From positions 434,001 to 498,000 of the forward strand of contig CDMY01000243.1 of the NCBI GenBank assembly GCA_001179505.1: DNA of 64,000 nucleotides, read 5' to 3'. The notes beneath the pieces were generated by a model that was given only the letters and a program-made list of their open reading frames with translations, was not told the DNA's origin and made no database searches. Below, piece after piece: positions 1 to 11,800 of the stretch; within the stretch, counting starts at the first letter, position 1; each line of letters opens with the position of its first letter. The position numbers and the translations under genes are program-made. The DNA is from Vitrella brassicaformis CCMP3155. Lineage: Eukaryota > Protista > Chromerida.

Positions 1-1115
1 TGCCGAGGATGGTCCGTCCGTCCGTACACGATATCCCTTCATTTACTTCATGCATTGCACCTCTCTATCAATCTGTTATCTGATACCTGCAGGCGGGTGA
101 GGAAGAGGACCGGGAGGAGTTTGTCCGGCTCGACAACTGCGGCAACCCTGTCAAGCTGACGACAGCTGAAAAGGAGCGTGTGTTCCTCGATGCGCTGCAG
201 TCGTACTACTCCAGCGGTCGGCAGGCGCTGACTGACGGCGACTTCGATCTGCTCAAGCAGGACTTGGCGTGGGAGGGCAGTGATGTGATATTCCTCACGC
301 GCAACGAGACCCTCTTCCTCAACGCCATGTCGGCATACATGAAGGGGCAGCCCATCATGACCGACGAAGAATTTGATACCCTCAAAGCCGAACTCAGGAA
401 CCAAGGCAGCCGGATCGCCGTCACCAGCGACCCCAAGTGTGCCGTCGATACAGGTAGGTGGGTAGGTGGGGTGGACAGCCTGGCAGCCAGGCAGCCAGGC
501 GCTGATTGCACGCACCTTGTGGCCGCCGGTCCGACCGTCAATGATTCTCTCTATTTTGATCGTACTGCACTCACTCTGTTGGCCGCATCCACCCCTCTCT
601 CCACCCCACCCACCTGTCTGTCTGTCCACCCACTCAGGCGTTTGTCGTGTGACGTGGAAGAAAGATCGTATCCGCAACTACATGGTGTATTTGCCGTGGC
701 TAGCCGTGAGCACCGTGCTGTGGTCGTTCCTGGCGTTCGAGTTCATCCCTGTGCTGCGGAGTGTGAATCCCTTCCTCAATCTGCTCATCGGCTCGCCCAT
801 CATCTGGACCCTGGCCAAGGCCGGCACCGAGAACCTCTTCCTCGTAAGAAGAGAGACACACAGAGACATCACACACAAAACCATACCATGCCCTTTCTTC
901 TTTCTCTTTGCCATTCATTGCAGCGTGACCCACTCATCGCTTACGGCCCATGCCCGAACTGCGGATATCAAAACCGCATCCTCTTTGGAGACGTCCTCGG
1001 CGTCGAGGGGTTCGGAGCATCGGCAGACATTGTATGTGCAAACTGTGGTGCATCACTCAGGGCACAGAGGCAATCACTGAGGGTCGAGTCGAATCCAAAG
1101 GGCGTGGCGGCATGA
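1..1115 (+). CDS. PGRL1: PGR5-like 1 (PGRL1) thylakoid cyclic electron flow protein, 5' part outside the window
   Basis: Exons 93-453, 638-843 and 924-1115 have GT-AG boundaries. They give FDLLKQDLAWEGSDVIFLTRNETLFLNAMSAYMKGQPIMTDEEFDTLKAEL...DPKC, two TM segments, and C-terminal GPCPNCG...CANCG, matching the PGRL1 motifs I recognise. Confidence 0.88.
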
Positions 1116-1472
1116 GCGTGGCGAGCGGCAAAGAAAGGGATTTCCGCATATGCATACATACACTGCTACTGCTCCGTGTATGCGTGTAGAAAACGAAGGG
1201 AGAATTTCGAGTGCTTTGTATCCATGTCTTCTGGCCAGCCAGCTCTGTAACAGTACCTCGCCATGCCAGGACTAATTTTTGACCTCGATGAATTGATGTT
1301 TACGCATACAGTGATTTGACGTGCACATAGCATATATCTTCTCCGCCTCAGAAGTCTGACGATTCACGATCTATTGCCAGCGCCCTGGACGAGCAGAGGG
1401 CCCGGCACATGGGCCGACACCAAATGTGGATATGAATGTTAGCGGGTCTTAGCTAATTATGACTGTGGCCGC

Positions 1473-3950
1473 ATGGGGCCGCCGCTGCCCCCAGAGGTAT
1501 CGATCTGAAAATACTGCATGCGCGAACTCTCTCAGAGCCCCACGGAATCGAGGACCGAAAAAGTACTTCCGAGTATGCAGTCACAACCGCTCCCTCCGCC
1601 CCAGACGCGATGCCTACACACGAACCCTGGGCCCCACGCGCAGACGGTGAGTAATTCACCACACTCACACGAATGAATATGCTCATACGGACACAAATAC
1701 ACAACCAAGAGAGCCGCTACGGCCACCCGACAGACGACTAATGGTCAACAATGTAGTCAAGATGGTCCGATTTGATGTCTTAATCTGCAGGCCCCACCAT
1801 CCGCGGGTGAGCCGCATGTGTTACACATTCCCGTGCACCAGGAGGTCCAAGTGCGGGACCGCATTGTGGAGGTACGTACGTACCGAGATCCTCACACACA
1901 CGAGACGGATGATTCATGAATGCATTGTCCTCACCACCCACCCCGCTTTCGGCCGGCTGGTTGTGCATCCATTGATTGGTTGTGTGCGGGCCTCCCTCCC
2001 TCCCTCCCTCCCTCCACCTGTCTGCGCTGCCTGCTTGTCAGATTCCCGAGATTCATTTGGTGGAGGTCATTAAGCCCAAGGTGACGATACAGGAGGTGAT
2101 CAAGGAGGTGCCCAAGTATGAGCCCGTATACACCGAGAAGATTGTCGAGGTGCCCCAAGTGCACACAGGTCAGTCACTTGCTGTCATACACACATACATA
2201 GAACGGTACACAGACGCGTCTGTGCGGATCTGTCCATGAATATGCCTTATGCAGTGGACAAGTTTGTTGAGGTGCCCCAGATCCAGGAAGTCATTCGAGA
2301 AGTCCCAAAATTTGAAGTGCAGGTACGCTGACGGCTGTTGGCTGACGCTCCAAAGACAACCCGCGCGCGATATGCGTGAGGCACAGAGACGGACTCTGTC
2401 GTCTCTTTTGTCTGGCTGCAGGAGATTGTCCGCGGGATACCGAAGGTCCAAGTCCAGGTGAATGAATGACTTTCCCGCTGTGTGTGGCCTCTCCGTCTGT
2501 CTGTTTGTCCATGCGTCGATTCGCTCGCACTCCTGTCTCTGTCTTTCTCGCTCCTGTATGTTGTTGCCCCCCGCGCCCCACGCACCTCTTAGTATGCGGA
2601 GCGCATTGTAGAGGTGCCGTTTGTGCAGTACGTGGACAAGCCGATGGGCGTGGCCCAGGTGCAGGAGGTCATCAAGGAGGTGCCCAAGGCCGATGGTGTC
2701 CTCCCCGTCGACGGAGCCACCAGATCCGTACCCATGGGCATGACCAAAGTTGTCGAGAAAATCAGACACGTCCCGGGACCCGTGCAGGTCACTGCACGAG
2801 TCACCAACACATAAGGGACTCCTGGCCTGCCTGTGCACGACACATGCATCGGCATCAGTGGCCCCCTGTGTCGGGCTGGGTGTGTGTGTGGCTCAGTATG
2901 TGGGTGTGCCTGTGCCGAAGGTGGTGCACTCGGGAAAAGTGGAGATCGTCGAGAAGATCAAATACGTCGAAGTGCCGTCCTCACAGGTACTCCAATGCTT
3001 GCTCCAACGCCATTTATTCATTGGCCACGTGTCTCGTGGCCTGGGCGTGCCGTCTGGCTTCCTTCCTTCCTTCCTTCCTTGCTTGCTTGTTGCCTACATA
3101 CATACATTCATACATACATTCATACATGCATACATGTGGATGGATGCAGATTGTTGAGGTAGAGAAGCCCTACCCCGTGCCTGTCCCCGGTCCAGTGATT
3201 GACGTGCCCGTGCCCATGGGGTCAGCAGGGCTGGGCGAGAACCGAAGTGTCCTCGGCTCCAAACCACCCGGCAGTGGCAGGATCATACAAATACCCGTCG
3301 AAGTGCCAGGCGAGACAAGAAGGACCTGAGAACCTGCCATTCTCTGACTCATTGAACTGTGTCTCCTCTCTGCCCTATCCCGTGATGTGCTGTCCTGTCC
3401 TGTCCCTGCACGCCTGTCCCTGGCTCGGTCATGTGTGTGCACGTACGCATGAATGTTCTCCTTCCTTCAGTGGAGAAGGAGATCATAGTACACAAGCCCA
3501 TCCCGGTGCCAGTTGGCCATGACGGCAAGCCAGCGGCTGTGGCCAAACCCGTCGAGCAGATCCGTCACGTCGAGGTGCCCGAGTTCGTGGACGAGTATGT
3601 GGATGTCCCTGTACCTGGCGATGCACCCATCATCATACAGCCATACCCAATGGTGGTAAGCAGCCCAAAGAGTCAGTCAGTACATGGACCCAATCGAGGG
3701 ACAGTCGGCGGCGAAATTATGTGTGCAGGAAGTCACACACTTGCCGCCAATTATCGAAAAGGCCGAGTAAGTGGAAGGGCGAAGGAAGGTGAGGTCGTGA
3801 GTTGGACACTTGTTGCCTGGCAGGCCCCGTTATGTGCACGATCCTCCAGTGCACCTGCCGCCAGAGTTCACCACCCAGCAGGTCCCTGCCGAGGCCAAGA
3901 CAACCCCGCTCAACAACCCACCGTCCGGACTGCCATCAGAAGGGCCCTGA
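1473..3950 (+). CDS. Alveolin / inner membrane complex (IMC) protein
   Basis: About 11 exons encode V/E/K/P-rich repeats (HQEVQVRDRIVE, EVIKEVPK, EKIVEVPQ, VEKIKYVEVP, VEKEIIVHKPIPVP). The protein ends ...GLPSEGP* at 3950. The ATG at 1473 (MGPPLPPE) is inferred. Confidence 0.85.
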
Positions 3951-4319
3951 AGGAAGGAAATAAGGAACCAAGACGCCGCAAAACAGACAAACGAGACAGG
4001 ATGGTGGATGCATGGATGTCCTTGGAGTGAGTGGGCGGGTGTCGTGTATAATCAATCCAGCTCGTGTGGGTTGGGTGCGTGAGATGGACTGACTCCATGC
4101 AGGCAGCAGTGAAGCAAATGCACGAGAGCTATCTTCAACATATGCAATGCAGCAACAGCATGGTTTCAGCACTCGAGTGTCGGTCAGCCCAGGGCATGCA
4201 GTCAGCCCATGTCTCATAGCGCTCCACCCATCAGTCAGTCAGTCGTATATATACATGTATGTGCGTACATACACATGTATGGAGACACGGGCGGGGCCAA
4301 GTCTGCGGACTTCTCCGTT

Positions 4320-7258
4320 TCATTCGGCCCCCTCCAGCTTCTGAAGAAACGTACACATAAGAGGGAGGTGATGGATGCTACGTAGAGAGACACCATGTCT
4401 CGTCTGACCTTCAGAAGAGTCGAGGCATAGCCTGGCGTGTAATACAGCACCTGACCACAGACACAGCAGATGAACACACACAGCTGGCTGTTGGAGCTTT
4501 TCTGTGCGCTGAGTCTTGAGTTCCTGGCCGCCTCCGTACCACTTCCGGTGGGTAGATCTGGTTGATCTCGCTGGAACAGAGACACGCGGTAGAAGCATAC
4601 ATAGCCATGAGTGAGCTGGGGACCAGTGTCGTATCGACTATCTATCCCTACTCGATGTAGTCTCTCAGTTTGGTTCCGGGCTCGGCCTGGATTTCCTGTG
4701 GTGACATACATACATCCATCCATTAGACACAGTGAACAGTACAGAGCCTGTTCCAGCGCGAATGGGAGGCCACCTGGATCTTCTGCAGGCCGCCCGACTG
4801 GACGAATGAACGTCTTGCCTGCAGGTCATGGGGCAGCACCTTGGCGAACTGCTGCACAACGTACCTGCGGTAAGTAAGCCAAACCAACACGGAGAGGGAA
4901 AAGGGGCGCATGGTTGAATGCATTGCACACAGAGGCTCCTCCCTCTGCCTCGCTCGCTGGTGTGTGAGCCCCCGGGGGTGTGCTTCTGTGTGTCTGACTT
5001 GAGTATGTTGGGCGGTGCCTCTTGCAGCAGGGGCTCGAGTGCGGGCAAGTGTGTGCATTTTTGCAGGACGCTCTTGAGCGCCCTCTTGGCCTTTGTCTTG
5101 AGGTCCTCACTCGACTCCTGATAGAGATACACCGCCAATAACCTCCGAAACACGTCCGCCTCAGCCAGCGCCCGTGCGTGATCCGGGCTGTGACGACCAA
5201 TCTGACCAAGGGACCTTCACACACACACGCACAGAGGTCGTGTGGTGTGTGGGCAGTATACTCCTGGGTGTCAGCTACCTACCATGCCGCAGCAGCCTTG
5301 ATGTGGTCCTCCTGCTCATTCATGAGGGTGTCCTTGAGTGGCGGGATGCCCTTGGACACTATGACGGCCAGAGCCAAAGTCTCAGAAAAAGCCGCTATGT
5401 AACCAAGCGTCATGACTCCCGGCAGCCTTGAAAGACGGAGCACCCGTCAGACCCATCACACATTCATCAGAGCGCCTCGTCTTCAGTACGGCTGCCCACA
5501 TAGGGTTGTGTCGCTTACTTACCTGTTGTTCCCTCTCGCCTCGGTGACGAAATCGACGATCGCCGCCACGCCACCTACGGACGTCACGATATCAACCATC
5601 CACACAAGCTGACTGGAGGCCAGCCTTTTTCCGCCTGCTGACCTGCATTGACTATGAGTTTGGCCAAGTCGGGTGTGTGGCGGGCGATTTCCCGCAGGCA
5701 AGTGGCTGCATTCTTCCTGACAAGCTCGTCCGTATCCTTCAAGCAGTGCAGGATGCGGGGGAAAATCTCGGCCTCCACCACAACCTGACCACGCACGACC
5801 GGTCGGCTCGTGAGCAGCCAGTGTGGTGTGACATGGGAGAGACATGCAAAACCAGTGACAGCCAACCTACTTCGGCCAGGTCGACCGAGTGTTTTGCGAT
5901 CTGGGCGAGACACCCACACACCTGGAGGAAGGCGCCACGTACGTCCACCAGGCACTACCCTGTCACCATTTTGAGCAAGTGCTCGCCGTACTTGTCTTTT
6001 GAGAGCTGCATCCACGTGAGAGATCTCCTTGGCCAGAAGTGTTACCGCTCCGGCGTCCACGACGCTCTGCCGAGCCACGCGACACAGACACGAGCACGTG
6101 AGCGCAGCTGCCTGGTTGCGGATGGGCGAAGATTCGCCATAAACGACCTGTGCGAGCTCGGGAGAGTGCTTGGATATGTCGGAGAGTGCACTCGCTGAGA
6201 TGCGCTTCAGGGTAAGCTCGGGTTCCTGAATGTGCAGAGCGAGGTGTGGAGAGACGCAGCCATTGTGCGCTTAAATAAGGCCGGTCGCCAGCCACACATT
6301 TGCGTGGCACGCATGGTACCTGAAAACAAAGCACCAACAACGGCACAGCTCCGGCGTCCACAGCGTTCTGTGCCAGCTCTTTCGTGTGACGAGCTATGTA
6401 GCCTGAAGGCAGTCGACGGCAACGGTAGTAAGACAACTGATGGGCACTCAGCGCGTAAAGAACGCAGGCAGTGGGTATGTACCTAGGGCCCATGCTGAAG
6501 CTTCTTTGACTGACGGGTCGAACTCCTCGAGACAGGCAACCAGTGCATCGAGAGCACCACTGTCAATAACAGCCTGAATCGAGACAGCCACACAGACACA
6601 CAGACACGTACCCATATATCGGAGCGCGGCATAAGCAAATAGGCATCTGCGCGAGCAAACACACCCTCTTTGTGGACTGACCTGGGCAAGCTGGGGCGAG
6701 TGCTTTGAGACGGCACGCAGGACAAATGCAGCAGCCTTCTTGTAAAAACGCTGCCACAGTCACGGGAGGGACAACAAGTGCGGATGTTTGTGGGGTCCTT
6801 GCAGACGACGGCCCTTGCCCACGGACGTTCTGTTGGGCGAGGGAGTAGACCAGCTGCGGGAGGATCTCATGCGTCACAACGGCCTCCGCGAGCTCCTCGC
6901 TGTAGTTCGCCAAACGACCGAGGGCTAAGGCCGCCGATTGCTGGATTGAGGCGACATTGTCCAGAAGAAGTGGCCGCAACAAGGCCATGACCCCTATTGC
7001 AGTGCAAGCACGACGATGAGAAAGCCATCATATGGTACGGTGTGGAATGATTGAAGTGACTCATCCCATTACCCGCATTCTGCAGGACACCAATGTTCTG
7101 CGGCCGTGTGGCGAGATCAGCAATTTGCTGAACAAACGTGACCTGCATTAGTGAACAGCAAAGCTTTGCCGTGGCAGTGGCAACCGCTGGCGGCAGTGTG
7201 GGCAACCTACCCTGGCCTTCTGGTACTCTTCGAAGCACACCAACACGCCCCTGCTCAT
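4320..7258 (-). CDS. PF16: Axonemal central-pair armadillo-repeat protein PF16/SPAG6
   Basis: MSRGVLVCFEEYQKAR|VTFVQQIADLATRPQNI...LLRPLLLDNVASIQQSAALALGRLANYSEELAEAVV...EIFPRILHCLKDTDELVRKNAATCLREIARHTPDLAKLIV...YPPEVVRYYTPGYASTLL; ends KLEGAE*. Confidence 0.95.
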
Positions 7259-7382
7259 TGTTTGGTCGTGTGAAGTGGCAAGCTGGTGGCGGCCTGTGAT
7301 TCCTGGGGGCCTCCAGTCTCGCCCCCAATAGTAAGCTCGCATCGGGGGCACTTCTTCTGCAAAACGCTCTTGGCGATGGGAG

Positions 7383-7433
7383 ACGCAACGACTAAGATGT
7401 GAAGCGCGAACGCAACGACTAAGATGTGAAGCG
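7383..7433. repeat. Direct tandem duplication, 24-bp unit with 27-bp period, upstream of PF16
   Basis: ACGCAACGACTAAGATGTGAAGCG occurs at 7383-7406 and again at 7410-7433. Confidence 0.9.
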
Positions 7434-7899
7434 TAGTGAAGCGAACAAAATCTACAGACATGCAACACAAGGACACATAAGGACACATAAGCAGAGACAT
7501 GCAGATGAATGTGGCGACACAACACACATTCATTCGCACCGTGGGTTTGACGCATTCCACAGAGCGCAGGCTGCCTCTGAGGCTCTGACGCCCGCCTTCA
7601 CCATGAACGCTTGCCGCAAGTCTGGTCCCCACTGTGGAAAGCGTAGGTGGACTGAGTCTGTGCTCTCAACTGTAGGACAACTGCTCTTCAAAGGACTGTT
7701 GACTGATCGATCATTTGGAAGAAGCGAGTGGTCGATAATCTGAATCGGCCGCTAGATCGAAGAGGGATTTGCTGTTTGTGTCTCAGCGTTGGTCAATACG
7801 TATGTGACGGCATGTCGGAAGGGCTGTGTGTGCACGACAGACAGGCAGCATGTGCATCGATTGATGCGGAGGTCGCCGAAGGAGACCGGAGCGCGGCAG

Positions 7900-8575
7900 A
7901 AAGGTCAGTCAAACATGATGATGCATGGTGTCAACATGATGATGCAGGCTGCAAATCCCTCCCCTCCGAGACACCCCCCAGCCTCTCTAACCTATCGATG
8001 CGTGTCTCATGTCTCATTTCTCATCCCTATGTCTCTTGATCCTACGTGTTCTGGTTCGTCTCCATTTGGCTCGCAGCGTGTGTCTTCGGCCTGTGCAAGT
8101 TTGGGCCGGGTTGGACAGCACGACAAGAACCCCGAGGTGAACAACGAGGAGGCCCAAGAAGACCCTCAAGAAGGACACCCTGCCCTCGTCGCCGGCGGGC
8201 CGACACACGAGCTACAGAAGCGTGACCGAGATGTCACCCGCACCCAAGACGCCCACCGGCCGCAGCACGGGCGCCTGCGCATGGCATCCACCCCCAGCGA
8301 GCCGACGCCCTCCCCCCGCAGCTGGATCCGAGACAAACAAGGCACCAGTGTAGCTGTACATGGGCAGGTAGCGGGATGGCGATGGAGGGGATAGGGCGGT
8401 CGGCACATGGATAGGTCGAGCTCGGGGGGCGGACTGGGGTGTGTGAAGGTGGATGGATGGACGCGGAAGGCGGAGGGTGGCGACTTTGAGGGAGTGGCTG
8501 TGGTGTGGATATCCATGTCACTATGCGTTCGTGTGTACAGACAGGGATACGGTCATCTTCATATGCAGACCTTAA
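7900..8575 (+). CDS. Possible small hypothetical protein
   Basis: 8088-8367 reads in a GC3-rich frame (HDKNPEVNNEEAQEDPQEGHPALV...) and is followed by a possible GT donor. No recognisable domain; boundaries uncertain. Confidence 0.3.
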
Positions 8576-8825
8576 TGGGAGTTGATGTCTTTGACATTAT
8601 ATCTTGCTGCCGTGCATCTCTTCACCTTAGAGCTGTTGAGGCGAAAAAGACCCGGGGCAGGTCAGATCGAAGACACACTCATGCTGAACGTGTTCGTTCA
8701 AGATGAAAAACTCGCGACTATCTCTATAAAGCGCACACAGACGGACACGGACTAATGCTAACAACAAAACGGAAAACGAGTCTGCCAACAAAAGCGAGAC
8801 ATGTAGCGCAAGGCATCTCCTGAAG

Positions 8826-11800
8826 CTAGGCAAGGGGCGCCCAGTGCCTGGCAGCATCGAAGTCGCCCTTCCTCACGCGCACATTCATATCGTCCCAGCA
8901 AGACAAGCGAATCCGTTCAGAAGTTGCACCTCCATCCATCCTGAAGTAAGGCGGGCTCAAGGGACTGGCTTTGGACGGTGGATCACCAGTTTGGAGCTCA
9001 GACTGAGCGCCGTTCAGAGAGGTGTGGCCATTGGTTGACGCGCAATCAGTGGTGTCAATAGTGTCCTCGTCACTCTCGCAGCCATTTGTTAACGTCCGAG
9101 TGGTGCCTTGGCTTAAACCTCCGCCTCTGCCAGACGACCAACAGACAAATCCGTTTTTGGCGGCCACTTCCAGTTGTGATCATGTGCTCACGAAATCTTG
9201 CAGCTATGCGATGCCAGAGATGCAAGCGCGTCCCTCTGTGCAGCGTAACACGCGTTCTTGATCGCGAAGTAAGCGGAGGAGCCAAGAAACAGCGGCGGCT
9301 CACCCACTCCTTTGCTGGAGTGAATCGTGGAAGACTTGGATGGTGCGTTCGGGAGGAGGCTCACGCGAAAATCGCGGGGAATGTCGAGGGCTGTCGGGAT
9401 CTTGTAGGTACCTGGGCCTTTGGTAAACAAGTGCCCGTTGTTGTTGAAGACCACCTGCTCTATCGTGAACAGACCCAGGCCTTGGACAAATGCACCTTCG
9501 ATCTGATTGACACCAGACAGGGGGGATTCATGGGATCAACACAGCCATTCATTGCCCTTACTTGTCCGATATCAATGACGGGATTCAAGGAGTTGCCGAC
9601 ATCATGCAAGACGTCAGCACGGATGACCTTGTGATCGCCAGTCAGCGCATCCACCTGAACAGGAGTCGCAGTGTAGGCTTAAGTGGAGTCGCTAGTCAAT
9701 GCAGCTCAGTTCTGAAGCTTACTTCAACTTCAGTGCACGCGACACCGTGTCCAAAATAATAAAAGGGCTTGCCTGTGTACTTCACCCAATCCCACCTTAG
9801 CAAGCATACAGACACCAAGCAATGCAGTTCAACGCCTTGGCTCGAGTTCCTTCTCAACGAAACAGAGGCTTCCTTACGAGATGTCTGGAGTTGCGTAGAA
9901 CCCATTGGCGGACAGATTGACCCTGTCAAAGTGTGCCAGGGTCGCAGCTTTTGCCAGCGTGCTGATTCGCTCTTCGTCAGTCGTTGGCTGCGGGGTTCGG
10001 CATCGACTCAGATACGGCCCTAAACCTTCCAAGATCTTCCTACACGCCTCCAGGACAGCAAAACCGCTACAAAATCCAAGAAAGGAGGATAAGCTTCCAG
10101 AGAGCTAAACGAATTCTTCCTTGAGTCACGCTGACTTGATGTCACTCCCAACTGAAGCAGCTGTAGGGTGAGTGTTCGCAACTGAAAAGCGAACGTGGAT
10201 GTTACATGAAAAACAGATTCAAATTCTTGCGTGTCTGAGCATACCTTTGTCAGTGGATGTCTCGGAGATGTAAATGGCAGACAAAGGTATATCGAACGCG
10301 GAAGCAGCAACCTGAATGTCACAACGTCCTTGTTATGTACCACCTCAACAACAGTTCAACAGGTGACTCAGGTTATTCGCACCTGTGCCACTTTTGTGTG
10401 GAGACCTTGCCCCATCTCCGTGCCTCCGTGCGTGACAAGGACAGTTCCATCCTGGTAGACGTGAACCAGAGCGCCGGCTTGATTCATGAAAGTCTGTCGT
10501 GCAAGAATAATGGAAAACAGCAGATAAACCCCCTGCGGAACGAAAAACTTCCGTTCAGAATTCACCCACTTTGGTGAATGACATCTGTAGGTAGGCACAT
10601 AAGAGAGGCGTGTGCACATAACGAAGAAATCAACCTGTCAGAACGCTGAGTGCGCTTACGCCAAACTTCGTTCCGACAATGGATAGCCCTCGCTTGACGT
10701 AGCGGTTGGCAAGGTTGAACTGCTCAATGGCTTTCCGACGATTCTCGTAGTCTGACGTCTGCAGTATCTTCTGCCACATGACGAATACATGGTCCTCATC
10801 TAACTCCTGGCCGTATGGCGTGATCTGTCCGATCCTGCAGCGACCATGAAGCAACCGTCTTCTATCGACAGGTCTCATGTACGTGTGCTAGTGGACCTTC
10901 ACCTATAAAGATTCTCGTGTGCCAAAGCCTCACGGGTTGTGCCAAGCTCTCGAGCGATGTGATCCATGTACACCTCGCACACAAACATCCCTTGTGGGCC
11001 TCCGAATCCACGGAACGCCGTATTCGATGGAATGTTCGTCTTGCAGACGTGGCCGACAAAGGAAGTGTTGGGAATGAAGTAGACCTGAGAGAGAGAAAAA
11101 GCTTGATTACTGCGTGATTGTTGCCATGCCAGATTTCCGGTCGTTACATTCTCGCAGTGGAACAACGCCCTCTCACACACCTATCCAGAAGGAAGTTGAA
11201 TGAGGCAACTTGAGAACCCCGAGAAAACACAGGACAAAGCACCTTACCGGAACGCTAAGATCGGTTGACCAGCCACCATTATTAAAGAGCTCCACCGACG
11301 CAGCCAGCAGTTTCTTGGTTGTTTTGTCAGCTGCAACTTTGTACCTGAACAAAAAGTGCACCAAAAGATCTGTTGACGTATCGTGAGGGTCGGTCTCTCC
11401 TCGTCTCCCATGCCACCTCGCCAGAAAGGCGTGACGTTGTCCCTGCGCGTCAAAGGATGAAAGAATGAACACACGGTGTGAGGGAGCTTTCTTGCTCACG
11501 GATGTCGCCATATCAACGTCTCGATCGAGCACCAAGCGGAGCGGCCGTTTCAGCTTGTGCGAGGCGACAGCTGCGTAAGCCGAGAAGAAACAGGATCGGG
11601 TTTCCTTGCCCCCAAATCCGCCTCCTGAAACCGGAGAGGCTCCATTGACTGGATCGAATACAACGGAGGTGCAACACATTCTTCGTACCCATGCGCTTGC
11701 ACTTGGAGACAATCTTGTGTCGAGGAACGCCCAAAACCATCGACACGAGCTTTTGCGTCTTGGATGGATTTTGAGTTGAGCTGGTCACGATGTACTCATC

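Noticed and set aside
7383-7433. CRISPR-like repeat
   Set aside because: There are only two copies with a 3-bp spacer, in a eukaryotic context with no cas genes.
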